Shown here piece by piece: positions 26,761 to 36,578 of a stretch of DNA of 64,000 bases (position 1 is its first letter; the number at the start of each line of letters is the position of its first letter). The translations under genes and the position numbers were made by a program. Below the pieces are notes generated by a model that saw only the letters and a list, made by a program, of their open reading frames with translations, made no database searches and was not told where the DNA came from. This DNA comes from Escherichia phage SDYTW1-F1-2-2_3: the sequence record OR296290.1; one strand, written 5' to 3'.

Positions 26761-27845
26761 TGCCACAAGATAATTATATTGACCCGAACGATTTTAAATC
26801 TTTCCTCCAACTGGATGACCTGAAAGGTTCTTTTAAAGAAGAGCTTGGTCGATTAGAATCTGAACAAGAACCAGAAGTGGACATTGACGACGAGTTCCCG
26901 GAAGATACCGGTGACAACTTCGACTTTGATACCGACCTTCTCGGTGAAAGCGATGAGCTTAAGTTCGAAGATGAAGATGGTTGGGAAGATCATGATGAGG
27001 AAGGCGAAGTCGAAGAAGATGAGGATGACTCTGATGAAGGTGATGAAAACACTGAAGTAGAAGAGGAAGACTCAAGCGATGCAGGATATGAAGATGATTC
27101 CGCTGACGGTGATGGTGAGGTCTTTGATGTAGACTACGAAACCGTTATCACCCTTCCTGATGGACGTGAGATGACTATTGAAGAACTCTCCAATGGCTAT
27201 CTTACTGGTGCTGACATGACTGAACGAGAGTCAACTCTTCAGCGTCACATGGAAGCATTTGAGGAACGTGTAGTAGGTTTGAAGGATGTATTAGAATTAG
27301 CGTCTTTAGAAGCAGACCGAGTAATTGAAGATTACAATGGTTTTGATTGGGACAAGCTTGCAGTAGAAGATCCTCAAGCATATGTTGAAAACAAACGTTT
27401 CCTAGAGAAGTACACAGCTCGTCGTAACCAGCTTGAGCAGGCTCAGATGCGTGTTAAGCAGGAAGCAGCAGCTAAAGAACAGGAAGCTTTCCAAGCCAAG
27501 AGTGTTGAGTGCGTTAATATTCTGAAACGTGAGATTCCAAATTGGGATGAAAACTTATATCAAAACTTAATGCAATATGCAATTGACTTAGGTGCTACTG
27601 AAGAAGAAGTATTGAAGGAAAACCGTCCGTCTATTTTCCTAGCTCTCCATAAAGCATACCAATTTGATAAAGGTAAGCAGCAGGTGATGGCTAAGATTAA
27701 ACGTCCCGGTGCTCCACGCAAGGTTGTGAAGTCTGATGCTGCAAAGTCTCGTACTTCCAATAAGCCAGACAACGCTAAGGTTGCCAAGGCATTCGCAGAG
27801 GGTCGCGTTAGTCACGAAGACGCATTCAAATTCCTCGTAGATTAA
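26760..27845 (+). CDS. scaffolding protein (putative)
   Basis: 361 aa, extremely acidic N-half, helical C-half; immediately upstream of capsid gene. Confidence 0.55.
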   Translation: MPQDNYIDPNDFKSFLQLDDLKGSFKEELGRLESEQEPEVDIDDEFPEDTGDNFDFDTDLLGESDELKFEDEDGWEDHDEEGEVEEDEDDSDEGDENTEVEEEDSSDAGYEDDSADGDGEVFDVDYETVITLPDGREMTIEELSNGYLTGADMTERESTLQRHMEAFEERVVGLKDVLELASLEADRVIEDYNGFDWDKLAVEDPQAYVENKRFLEKYTARRNQLEQAQMRVKQEAAAKEQEAFQAKSVECVNILKREIPNWDENLYQNLMQYAIDLGATEEEVLKENRPSIFLALHKAYQFDKGKQQVMAKIKRPGAPRKVVKSDAAKSRTSNKPDNAKVAKAFAEGRVSHEDAFKFLVD

Positions 27846-27886
27846 TCGACAAATTAATTATTTAATAGTATAGGAGCTAACATAAC

Positions 27887-28948
27887 ATGGCTAATCCAAC
27901 TTTATTTGTATCGTATGACCAGAATGGTAAAAAACTTTCTTTTGCTAACTGGATTTCTGTTCTGTCCCCTCAGGATACTCCGTTCGTATCTATGACCGGT
28001 AAAGAGTCTATCAACCAGACTATCTTTAGCTGGCAGACCGATGCACTGGCAAGCGTTGATGGTAATAACGCACACGTCGAAGGCTCTCGTGCTGAAGACG
28101 GCGAAATGAAACCGACTGTTATCAAGTCTAACGTTACTCAGATTCTGCGTAAGGTTGTTCGTGTTTCTGACACTGCTAACACCACCGCTAACTACGGTCG
28201 TGGTCGTGAACTGATGTATCAGCTGGAGAAGAAAGGTAAAGAGATCAAGCGTGACCTCGAGAAAATCCTTCTGTCCGGTCAGGCTCGTACCGACGTTTTG
28301 GCTGACCAGTATCTGACTAACTCCGCAGCCGATCCGACTCAGATTGGTAAGAACGACACCCATGCAGCTCGTAAGACTGGTGCATTCCAGTTCCTGTGTG
28401 CTCACGGCGGTCTGACTGGTGGCGTTGTTGACAAAACCAAGAATGGTCCTGCTGACCCAGATACCGGTGCTGTAACTGTTAAAGTTGCACAGAACGCTTC
28501 TAACCCGGCTACTAACATCGGCTTCGATGAAGCAGATATCTTTGATATGACTCTGCAACTGTACACCGCTGGTTCTGAAGCAGATATCATCATGATTAAC
28601 CCGGCTCATGCTAAGATCTTCGCTGGCCTGCAAGAAAATACTCAGGGTTCACGTAAGCGTATCTTTGAGAACACCAAGCAGTTCATCTACGAAGTTAACA
28701 GCATCACTGACCCGCTGGGCCAGAGCTACAAAATCATCGTTAACCGTTGGATGCCTACTGATGCAGTTTACTTCTTCCGTAGCGCTGACTGGACCCAGAT
28801 GGTTCTGCGTGCTCCGAAACGTACTGAACTGGCAAAAGATGGTTCTTACGAGAAGTGGATGATTGAGATGGAAGTTGGTCTGCGTCACCGCAACCCGTAT
28901 GCTTCCGGTGTTCTGTTCACTGCTGCGGGAAAGGCAGTAGCGGCGTAA
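27887..28948 (+). CDS. major capsid protein
   Basis: 353 aa after scaffold; followed by strong terminator; carries frameshift site at its 3' end. Confidence 0.7.
   Translation: MANPTLFVSYDQNGKKLSFANWISVLSPQDTPFVSMTGKESINQTIFSWQTDALASVDGNNAHVEGSRAEDGEMKPTVIKSNVTQILRKVVRVSDTANTTANYGRGRELMYQLEKKGKEIKRDLEKILLSGQARTDVLADQYLTNSAADPTQIGKNDTHAARKTGAFQFLCAHGGLTGGVVDKTKNGPADPDTGAVTVKVAQNASNPATNIGFDEADIFDMTLQLYTAGSEADIIMINPAHAKIFAGLQENTQGSRKRIFENTKQFIYEVNSITDPLGQSYKIIVNRWMPTDAVYFFRSADWTQMVLRAPKRTELAKDGSYEKWMIEMEVGLRHRNPYASGVLFTAAGKAVAA
28927..28933 (+). other. programmed -1 ribosomal frameshift slippery heptamer G_GGA_AAG
   Basis: Canonical X_XXY_YYZ heptamer in zero frame four codons before capsid stop; -1 frame open from 28867 to 29475. 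Confidence 0.55.
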
Positions 28949-29475
28949 CAGTAGATACCATAACTGTTAGTCCTTCGTCGGTTGCAAGCCTTCCGACGGG
29001 GGCTACTCAGCAGTTTACAGCTACAGCACAAATGAGTGATAGCTCCACATCAACAACTGGATTTGTTTGGTCCGTTGAGGGTGGTGGGGCTATTTCTGTT
29101 TCTGGACTGTACACTGCACCGAGTGCGTCGCAAGAAACCCCGATTACAGTGAAAGCTACTAAAGGTGGTAAATCCGGTACATCTACGATCTCAGCTATTG
29201 CTGACCCTGAACCTACCCTTGTTAGCCGAGGTCCGATTTCAGGGAAGGTGGGTGGATCAACAACCGCATTCTCTACTATGTTTACAGCAACAAACTCTAC
29301 CGGAAGTGACTATACTTTTGAGGTAACTCCTCCGGAAGCGGGAACTGTTAGTGCAGCTGGTCTTTTGACTCTTGCTGATACTGCTATGGGTGCAGTCTCT
29401 GTTGCAGCTACACACGAGACTAAACCTCTTGTAACAGCCACTTGTGAATTCACAGGTGTAACACCTGCTGCTTAA
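28927..29475 (+). CDS. Ig-like (Big_2-type) C-terminal extension of major capsid protein made by -1 frameshift
   Basis: -1 frame reads GKGSSGVTVDTITVSPSSVASLPTGATQQFTATAQ..., a Big_2-like beta-strand pattern that starts upstream of the only in-frame ATG (29032), which lacks an SD. Confidence 0.55.
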   Translation, partial: GKGSSGVTVDTITVSPSSVASLPTGATQQFTATAQMSDSSTSTTGFVWSVEGGGAISVSGLYTAPSASQETPITVKATKGGKSGTSTISAIADPEPTLVSRGPISGKVGGSTTAFSTMFTATNSTGSDYTFEVTPPEAGTVSAAGLLTLADTAMGAVSVAATHETKPLVTATCEFTGVTPAA

Positions 29476-29482
29476 AATTAGA

Positions 29483-29507
29483 CCCTGCCTTCGGGCGGGG
29501 TTTTTTT
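29483..29507 (+). terminator. rho-independent terminator after capsid/Ig-extension gene
   Basis: CCCTGCC-TTCG-GGCGGGG stem with UUCG tetraloop followed by seven T. Confidence 0.7.
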
Positions 29508-29535
29508 CGTTTTAAGACCTATACAAGCTAGTGTG

Positions 29536-29544
29536 TAATGTATA
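29536..29544 (+). promoter_or_regulatory. TAATGTATA promoter-like motif (candidate phage-sigma-dependent late promoter)
   Basis: Exact TAATGTATA 33 nt upstream of ATG 29578, just after capsid terminator. Confidence 0.4.
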
Positions 29545-29577
29545 TTCTTTGTCTACATATAACAAGGAGGACAACCT

Positions 29578-30330
29578 ATGGCGATGCCTGAAGTGCAAAA
29601 CCCGACTAACACGTATGGCTGGCTTAAGAAAGCTGTTGCCTTGTGGGCCGATCGAGACGATGATGAATTTGTTAATCAAATTCCAAACTTTATTAACTTT
29701 GCAGAGAAAGAGATTTATCGTAACTTACGTATCCCTCCTCTGGAAAAAGAAGTGTATTTAGATATTAAAGATGGAGTAGCTTATATTCCTCCTGATTACT
29801 TAGAAGCTCAATGGATGATGAGAGCCAAAGACGGAACAATCTTCCAAGTAACATCTCCTGAGGAGATTAGCTATCGTAGACAGCATGGAACAATTAACCC
29901 ATCTCACTGGAACAACCAACCTGTTAACTTTGCTCGTTTCGGTAGTCGTTTCATTTTCTACCCTAGAATCGAAGCAGACACTCCTGTTTACCCTGATGAT
30001 GGAAGTCCTTTGATTCCAGCAGAAAACTCAGTAATTCTTAGCTATTATGCAGATCCACCGGAATTTCATGAAGATGAAGATACTAGTGCAATCCTCACTA
30101 TCGCACCAGAGCTTCTTCTGTATTTTACTCTACGTCATGCTTGCTTGTTTGTTCAAGATGATAACGGAGTTCAGAAATGGTCAGCATTAGGAAAAGCTAT
30201 CCTTGATGAAATGGTAGAGCAGAATAAGAAGCAAGAGTACTCAGGTTCACCTATCGCAATTCCGAATAACATGACTCGACTTCAGAGCAGCTTGCCTGAT
30301 ATTTATGGTATTCGTACTTCTCGTGTATAA
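29578..30330 (+). CDS. virion structural protein (possible head-tail adaptor)
   Basis: 250 aa; first gene after capsid terminator; AAGGAGG SD. Confidence 0.35.
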   Translation: MAMPEVQNPTNTYGWLKKAVALWADRDDDEFVNQIPNFINFAEKEIYRNLRIPPLEKEVYLDIKDGVAYIPPDYLEAQWMMRAKDGTIFQVTSPEEISYRRQHGTINPSHWNNQPVNFARFGSRFIFYPRIEADTPVYPDDGSPLIPAENSVILSYYADPPEFHEDEDTSAILTIAPELLLYFTLRHACLFVQDDNGVQKWSALGKAILDEMVEQNKKQEYSGSPIAIPNNMTRLQSSLPDIYGIRTSRV

Positions 30331-30339
30331 GGAGATAAT

Positions 30340-33300
30340 ATGATCGTTTATAATAACCAAGCACCTGATGCAGTGAATAACGTTGGGCAGTTTGGTGCTA
30401 CAGAAGGCTCTATCGGAGCTTACAAGCAAGCAGCAGAATATGCAGCTGATTCTAAGTATTGGGCATTACTGGCTGAGTCTAAGTTTGGCACAATCGATGA
30501 TCTGATTGCTGAAGTAGAACGTCTATATCAACAGGGTGTTCTGATGCAGCAAGACATTGAGGCTTTGAAGCAGGATTTTAGAGACCAAGATGCTCATTTA
30601 ATGCAACTTATCGCTCAGACTAACGCAGCTGTTTCTGATGCACAGAACGCTCTGGCTCTTATGGACCAGAAGCTGATTGAAGTTCAGGAACGACTGGATA
30701 TTCTGTTAGGTATGTCTGTTGACGTCACTACACTTCCTCCGGGAAATGAAGCTTCTGGGCATTTTGACCCTAACACTGGTGTTATCTCTTTGGGTATCCC
30801 TCAAGGTGTTCCGGGTAAAGATGGTACAGTAACAGATTTGAATAACGCACCAACCGGTGTTCCTGTTCTTGGTGATGTAGGTTTCTATGTTGATAAAGAT
30901 GACAACACTGTTCACAAAACGTCTTTAGAGAATATTGCAAACCTTATCCCATCTGTTCGTTCTATCTCTGTAAACGGCGGTCCTGCTGAGAGTGGTGAAG
31001 TTGCTCTAACTCTTGACAAAAGTACTGTTGGGTTAAGTAATGTAGAGAACGTGGCTTCTTATAGTAAAGAGGTTGTTGATAACAAAGTTGATGGTTTTAT
31101 TAAAACATACAGCTCTAAAGCTGAAGCGGATGCAGATGCTGTTAATCGTGAGGCTGGAGAAACTGTTTTAGTGTGGGAAAACACTCAGTATGTTTTCTAC
31201 AAAGTGGCTGCTGATAAGATTCTAGATTTAAGTAAAACAGAACCTCGGGTTATTACTGTCAACTCTCGTATTCCTGACTCTAGCGGTAACATTGATATTA
31301 CAATCCCTACAGGGAACCCATCCTTGTATCTAGGTGAATTATTGATGTTCCCTTATGACCCATCTCGCCCTATTTCTTATCCTGGGATTTTACCTGCTGA
31401 CGGTCGTTTGGTGTCCAAGGATTTGGCTAGCGATTTAGGTGCTTCTTTAGTTAGTGGTCAGCTTCCGGTTGTGTCTGAGACAGAATGGCAAGCAGGTGCT
31501 AAGCAGTATTATTCTTGGGGTAAACTGGCTGATGGGCTGACTGATGCAGACTCTACCAACTACATCAACATCCGTCTTCCTGATTGGACTGGTGGTGAAG
31601 CTATTAGATCTCCTAACCTAACTGGCGATGCTTCTTATGACGGTAAGCCATTAGATCAGAAACCTTACATCGTTACTGTTAACGGAATTGCTCCTAACGA
31701 TATCACAGGAAACGTCAACATAACAGCTGCAAATATAGGCGCTTTGGCTAAGTCTGGTGGTATCATGGACGGAAACTTAGTCCTTAACAAAGCTGTATCT
31801 TTACGCAGAATAAAGGATAATGACACTCAAGTTAACATGGTATCGAGAAGTGACTCTGATGCTTCTGTACTTGGTGACCACTTAGCTAAGACTGTAATAG
31901 CTTCTTCCGAGACACCAATCTTCTCTAAACCGGAAGGGGATTATAAGTTTTATACAGAGGATAACAAACCTACGAACGTTGATGTTGGTGCTGCTGGTAT
32001 TGATGTTAATGGTGTAAACTCTGACATAAAAACTTTCACTCAAAAGGTTACGTTCCAGCAACCTGTTACTGTGGCAGATGCTGTTGGAGACTATGATGCT
32101 GTTACCTTACGTCAACTAAGAAACCAAGGTGGTGGAGGTGGCGGTTCTACGATGAATGGTATCTCCAACTTCAATATTGGTGATTTCCGACTAGTAGATA
32201 GTCGAGCTTTTATCCAAGCAAATGATGTTGTGTCTGATGGTCAACTTTTGAACAGGGCCGAGTATCCTGAGCTTTGGGCGTATGCTCAGATGCTCACCCC
32301 TATAGAGGATTCTGAGTGGATTTCAACCCCTTCCAAGAGATCTCAATATTCACTAGGAGATGGCTCTACTACATTCCGTGTCCCTGATAGGAATGGTGTT
32401 CAGAGTGGCTCTGTTAAGGCTTTATATGGAAGAGGTGACGGTGGAGGTTCTTACGGAGGTATTTATGATAGTGGGATTCCTGACATAACTGGTCAGTTCA
32501 GAGCTTATGGATACAATGCAGGTGAACCTACAGGTGCATTTGGTTCCTATAATAGTGGTAGCGCTGAGTTTGAATTAAAATCTACATCTGCTAATTTTAC
32601 TAGGTACAACACATTCACCATAAGTGCCGGAAGGGTTAACTCTGTTTATGGAAGAGCAGACGAGGTCAGGCCTAGATCTTTCGTCGGTGTATGGGTGATT
32701 CGTGCTAAAGGGGCTTTCATCGCTGCCAATACAACATGGTCAGTAATTAATAGTGACACCTCTCGTCCTTCTGACGGAACCACTGTGACTGGTGGTAATG
32801 TAATATCTGAATATAAAGTAGGGGCAGAATCTGAAGGTTCAGCCGAGTTCCGAATGGTTGGAACGATTGGAAGCTCTTATTCTGCTAGAATTGGTGTTTA
32901 CAACAAAACATCAAGTAAAGGAACTACTTTTGATTTTACTGAGGCCGGTAATATAGAGACTCCCAAAGGTCGTGTTTTGGTGAAAGGGGATTACGGTGTT
33001 GGTGCTCAGGGAAGTGTTGTATTACCTGAAACTAACTATAACCAGCTCATAACAGATTCAGATGGTGCCTCATCGTGGGCAGCTGCTAATGGAGGGGGTA
33101 TACAAACTTCCTATGCCGTAAATAGAATCTGTCAATTTTGGGTAAGTCTGAGTGGTTCGGCTTATATCAGATCTAATACACTGAACAACAACCCAAAAGA
33201 ACTCAAATCCAATCTTCCGTGGACAACTCTCCAGAATGCTGGAACCTCTGACGCAAATGTCAAGGATATTGGAGATGATTTAGATTTAAATGTCGCTCTA

Positions 33301-33540
33301 AGTAATATTAAATCTCTTGAATTTAAAAACTTTACTTACAAGAACGATGAGAAGAAATCACCACGTAGAGGGGTAATTGCGCAACAAGCAGAACAGGTGG
33401 ACCCTCAGTATGTCCATAGTGCAGAAAAAAGTGGAGTCATGACTCTTGACACTAACCCGCTTTTATTAGATGCCCTTGCTGCTATCAAGCTTTTGTCTGC
33501 TAAAGTAGAAGAGTTGGAAAAGCAGTTAGCTGCTAAATGA
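30340..33540 (+). CDS. tail fibre/tail spike protein with C-terminal intramolecular-chaperone-like domain
   Basis: 1066 aa; Gly-rich linker, collar-like module (LLNRAEYPELWAYAQ...FRVPDRNG) and C-terminal ...GVIAQQAEQVDPQYV... segment typical of auto-cleaving fibre chaperone domains. Confidence 0.65.
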   Translation: MIVYNNQAPDAVNNVGQFGATEGSIGAYKQAAEYAADSKYWALLAESKFGTIDDLIAEVERLYQQGVLMQQDIEALKQDFRDQDAHLMQLIAQTNAAVSDAQNALALMDQKLIEVQERLDILLGMSVDVTTLPPGNEASGHFDPNTGVISLGIPQGVPGKDGTVTDLNNAPTGVPVLGDVGFYVDKDDNTVHKTSLENIANLIPSVRSISVNGGPAESGEVALTLDKSTVGLSNVENVASYSKEVVDNKVDGFIKTYSSKAEADADAVNREAGETVLVWENTQYVFYKVAADKILDLSKTEPRVITVNSRIPDSSGNIDITIPTGNPSLYLGELLMFPYDPSRPISYPGILPADGRLVSKDLASDLGASLVSGQLPVVSETEWQAGAKQYYSWGKLADGLTDADSTNYINIRLPDWTGGEAIRSPNLTGDASYDGKPLDQKPYIVTVNGIAPNDITGNVNITAANIGALAKSGGIMDGNLVLNKAVSLRRIKDNDTQVNMVSRSDSDASVLGDHLAKTVIASSETPIFSKPEGDYKFYTEDNKPTNVDVGAAGIDVNGVNSDIKTFTQKVTFQQPVTVADAVGDYDAVTLRQLRNQGGGGGGSTMNGISNFNIGDFRLVDSRAFIQANDVVSDGQLLNRAEYPELWAYAQMLTPIEDSEWISTPSKRSQYSLGDGSTTFRVPDRNGVQSGSVKALYGRGDGGGSYGGIYDSGIPDITGQFRAYGYNAGEPTGAFGSYNSGSAEFELKSTSANFTRYNTFTISAGRVNSVYGRADEVRPRSFVGVWVIRAKGAFIAANTTWSVINSDTSRPSDGTTVTGGNVISEYKVGAESEGSAEFRMVGTIGSSYSARIGVYNKTSSKGTTFDFTEAGNIETPKGRVLVKGDYGVGAQGSVVLPETNYNQLITDSDGASSWAAANGGGIQTSYAVNRICQFWVSLSGSAYIRSNTLNNNPKELKSNLPWTTLQNAGTSDANVKDIGDDLDLNVALSNIKSLEFKNFTYKNDEKKSPRRGVIAQQAEQVDPQYVHSAEKSGVMTLDTNPLLLDALAAIKLLSAKVEELEKQLAAK

Positions 33541-33548
33541 TTAACAAC

Positions 33549-33568
33549 GCTCCCTTCGGGGAGCTTTT
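33549..33568 (+). terminator. terminator/attenuator hairpin between tail fibre genes
   Basis: GCTCCC-TTCG-GGGAGC plus TTTT; sits just before SD of next gene. Confidence 0.45.
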
Positions 33569-33579
33569 AGGAGGATTTA

Positions 33580-35733
33580 ATGTCTAGAGAATTAATGCCC
33601 AAATCCGGTATAATGATGCCTCATGTAGTAATCAACAGAGATGCTGCGGTAGTTGGTGTCTCTACTGTAGATGGAGTTGCTGGTGCAGTTGATCTTACTG
33701 GTAAGTACCTACAGAAAACAGATGCGGCAGATACCTATCAAACAAAAACTGAAGGTGCTTCTAAGACTTATGTTTTAGATTCTATTCAACCTATCATGGA
33801 AGGTGCTTTGTTTAAAGCTGACCCTTTCGTAGATAACAATATCCCTTTCCGTTCTGCTGGTGCTAATGGTGTAGAATCCATAGATATGATTAAGGTCACT
33901 CCAGAGAACTCTATTAAACTTGGAAGTTACGAGTCTTCTGTTCAAGGAGTAGAGATTCACTCTGCTGGTCGTGTTGTGGTTGTTGATAAGAACGACTCTG
34001 GTGTGGAAACCAAGTATCCTGTTTACTCCAAACGCTTCCGTCCTGAGATTGAAGATTTACCATTTGCAGCCATAGGCTCTTATGTTAAAGACTCCAAAGG
34101 CCGCACGATCGGTGTGAACCGTACAGGTATTAACTCTGATATTAAACAGTTTACTCAGAAAGTCACCTTCCAGCAGCCTGTAACAATCGCAGATGGTGTG
34201 GGTGATTATGATGCTGTAACAATGAGGCAGTTACGTAACAGTGGTGGTGGTTCTGGTGGTCCTACAATGAGCGGTATCTCTAACTTCGGTATTGGTGATT
34301 TCCACTTACGAGATAGTCGCGCTTTTATTCCAGCTTTTGAGGTTACATCAGATGGGCAGCTTCTTAATCGTGCTGACTATCCTGATTTATGGGCTTATGC
34401 TCAATTATTGACTCCTATTCCTGACTCTCAATGGCTAGGAGATGTTAGGGAACGTGGTAAATATTCAGTGGGTGATGGTTCTACTACTTTCCGAGTTCCT
34501 GACCGAAATGGTGTCCAAGCTGACTCTATTAAAGCATTATTTGCTAGAGGTGATGCTGGTGTTTCATCTATAAATGGAACAATACAACAAGCTCACGTAC
34601 CTAATATTTCTGCCAAAATGGACCTCCATGCAGGTGGTTCAGCCAACATAATAAGTGGGGCCATTGGAGCTTTTGTAGGCGGTGGTGGCTCAACAACGAC
34701 TTATAGAACCCCTGGTACGTTAACAGTAAACTCCGGTGCAAGCTCTTTTGGCACAATGACTTTAGATGCTAGTAAATCTAGCTCTGTGTATGGTTCTATT
34801 CCTTCCAACACGGATGAAGTCTTACCTCGTAACTTTACAGGTGTCTGGACTATTCGTGCCCATGGTGGGTTTGTAGCTGCTAATACCTCTTGGGCTGTTA
34901 TTAATAGTGATGCGTCTGCCACACCCGGCGCTTATGTATCTGGCGGGCAGGTTATATCTAAATATCAGGTTAACGGTGTAGACCGCGCCATTGCCCGCAT
35001 GAGCGCTGATTGGCGGGTTGGGGATGCCTACCAATCAACAATCCATTTTTATAATAACTCAACCAATAGCGGCGGAACTGCGATCACTGATTCTCACTAC
35101 TATTTGAGTGGACCATCTGGACAGATTCTAACTGATTCAAAAACAGGGATAGGTGATGCGGGGGGCATGTTTGCGACACCGAATGCAAACGACTTTACTA
35201 CTAACGGTATTTATGCAGGTGCTGGGGCTAATGGGGTTAACTGGGGGGACGCGTATTCGGCACTGCTGCACATGTCTCGCTATAATGCCTCCTCGCAGCG
35301 CGCTCAGCTTCAGATCAGTCCCACAGGTTTGTTGAAGGTTCGTGGTGCCTCCCCTACAACTTGGTCCGACTGGTTCACAATGCAGGCGCAGGGAACTTCT
35401 GGACGTGACTTTAAGCGCGACATAACCCCAGCAGACCCGAAAGAAGCATTTGACCGGATTGCTTCACAAGATCTTGTCACGTTTATCTATAAGGATGACG
35501 AACAGGAGCGCGTTCGTTTCGGTATTATCGCGGAGGATGCGGAGAAGATTGCGCCGCAATACATCAAGCACGGCGAGGAGACGGTAGAGGTTGATGGTGA
35601 GGTGATCACTCGTGATCATCCGAGAGTCGACGTTAACCCTATTGTCATGGATTTAATTGGCGCTGTTCACTATCTCCGTGATGAAGTTGATCAGCTAAAA
35701 GCAGAACTGGCTGAGTTGAAAGATAGTAAATAA
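33580..35733 (+). CDS. second tail fibre protein with C-terminal intramolecular-chaperone-like domain
   Basis: 717 aa; shares ~150-aa collar-like module and C-terminal chaperone-like domain with 30340-33540. Confidence 0.65.
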   Translation: MSRELMPKSGIMMPHVVINRDAAVVGVSTVDGVAGAVDLTGKYLQKTDAADTYQTKTEGASKTYVLDSIQPIMEGALFKADPFVDNNIPFRSAGANGVESIDMIKVTPENSIKLGSYESSVQGVEIHSAGRVVVVDKNDSGVETKYPVYSKRFRPEIEDLPFAAIGSYVKDSKGRTIGVNRTGINSDIKQFTQKVTFQQPVTIADGVGDYDAVTMRQLRNSGGGSGGPTMSGISNFGIGDFHLRDSRAFIPAFEVTSDGQLLNRADYPDLWAYAQLLTPIPDSQWLGDVRERGKYSVGDGSTTFRVPDRNGVQADSIKALFARGDAGVSSINGTIQQAHVPNISAKMDLHAGGSANIISGAIGAFVGGGGSTTTYRTPGTLTVNSGASSFGTMTLDASKSSSVYGSIPSNTDEVLPRNFTGVWTIRAHGGFVAANTSWAVINSDASATPGAYVSGGQVISKYQVNGVDRAIARMSADWRVGDAYQSTIHFYNNSTNSGGTAITDSHYYLSGPSGQILTDSKTGIGDAGGMFATPNANDFTTNGIYAGAGANGVNWGDAYSALLHMSRYNASSQRAQLQISPTGLLKVRGASPTTWSDWFTMQAQGTSGRDFKRDITPADPKEAFDRIASQDLVTFIYKDDEQERVRFGIIAEDAEKIAPQYIKHGEETVEVDGEVITRDHPRVDVNPIVMDLIGAVHYLRDEVDQLKAELAELKDSK

Positions 35734-35739
35734 TCTATT

Positions 35740-35757
35740 GCCCCTTCGGGGGCTTTA
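35740..35757 (+). terminator. terminator-like hairpin after second tail fibre gene
   Basis: GCCCC-TTCG-GGGGC followed by TTTAG; weak U-tract. Confidence 0.4.
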
Positions 35758-35826
35758 GTAGTAACTAGAGCTAGTAGGTAATGAAACTAATATATCCCAA
35801 GAGGTTAATACATAGGAGATACGTAA

Positions 35827-36045
35827 ATGAAAATGATGAAACAAGCTGTTTACGGTTTAGTCTGTTTAGGTGCAGGGGTTGTGGTTTCTACAGCAGTTCC
35901 TGTTAACGCAGTACATCCATTAGTCACAGCACCAGCTCCTGTTGAGAAACTTAGTTCTCAATGCAAGCAGCGAACTATTCAAAATAACTTGGTTGTTATT
36001 TGTCCTGATGCTGAATCTAACGCCCTGAGAAAGATACTACCTTAA
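35827..36045 (+). CDS. small secreted/membrane protein upstream of endolysin (possible holin-like role)
   Basis: 72 aa; N-terminal MKMMKQAVYGLVCLGAGVVVSTAVPVNA looks like a signal peptide or single TM. Confidence 0.35.
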   Translation: MKMMKQAVYGLVCLGAGVVVSTAVPVNAVHPLVTAPAPVEKLSSQCKQRTIQNNLVVICPDAESNALRKILP

Positions 36046-36074
36046 TTTAAAGGGATCACAAAAGGAGGTTAGAA

Positions 36075-36566
36075 ATGGATAACGTCGCATTGCCACCTGT
36101 ACAGTTAAACTTAAGCCCAGCTGGAATGGAATTCATCATGAAGCATGAGGGTATGAGAACCAAGGCTTATAAAGATTCCGCAGGTATCTGGACAATATGT
36201 GTAGGGGCTACGCGCGATATGAATGGTTATCCGGTTAGGCAAGGATTAACATATTCTATAGAGGATTGTCTAGCTCTGCTAGATAGAGACACACAAGACT
36301 CTGTTCGTGCTACTCAGAAAAACATAAAGGTTCCTTTGCTCGTTCATGAGTTCGATGCACTCACCTCTTTCAACTTCAACGTTGGTAGTGGGGCACTGAG
36401 CACATCTAAGTTAAGGAAGGTTATCAATGGAGATGTCAAAGGTGATGTATACTCAGAGTTTCTTCGTTGGGATAAAATTACGGTGAAGGGAGAGAAGCAG
36501 AGGAGTCAGGGTCTTCATAACAGAAGGGTTGCAGAAGCTGATCTTTATACCGAAGGTAAATATTAA
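36075..36566 (+). CDS. endolysin, lysozyme-type (phage lysozyme family)
   Basis: 163 aa; HEGMRTKAYKDSAGIWTICVGAT matches the catalytic Glu/Asp-Thr region of T4/lambda-type lysozymes. Confidence 0.65.
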   Translation: MDNVALPPVQLNLSPAGMEFIMKHEGMRTKAYKDSAGIWTICVGATRDMNGYPVRQGLTYSIEDCLALLDRDTQDSVRATQKNIKVPLLVHEFDALTSFNFNVGSGALSTSKLRKVINGDVKGDVYSEFLRWDKITVKGEKQRSQGLHNRRVAEADLYTEGKY

Positions 36567-36578
36567 TGGAGGTGCCTT

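Noticed and set aside
27902-28633. 243-aa minus-strand ORF antisense to the major capsid gene
   Set aside because: Fully contained in a strongly supported plus-strand gene and in a plus-only block; the translation is low-complexity.
29032-29475. Independent 147-aa ORF starting at ATG 29032 (a separate Ig-like decoration protein)
   Set aside because: No Shine-Dalgarno site, and the Ig-like domain clearly begins upstream of this ATG in the same frame, continuous with the capsid frameshift site; kept as the alternative hypothesis.
35827-36045. Calling this gene a holin outright
   Set aside because: Only one hydrophobic segment, which looks more like a cleavable signal peptide; kept as a low-confidence possibility.
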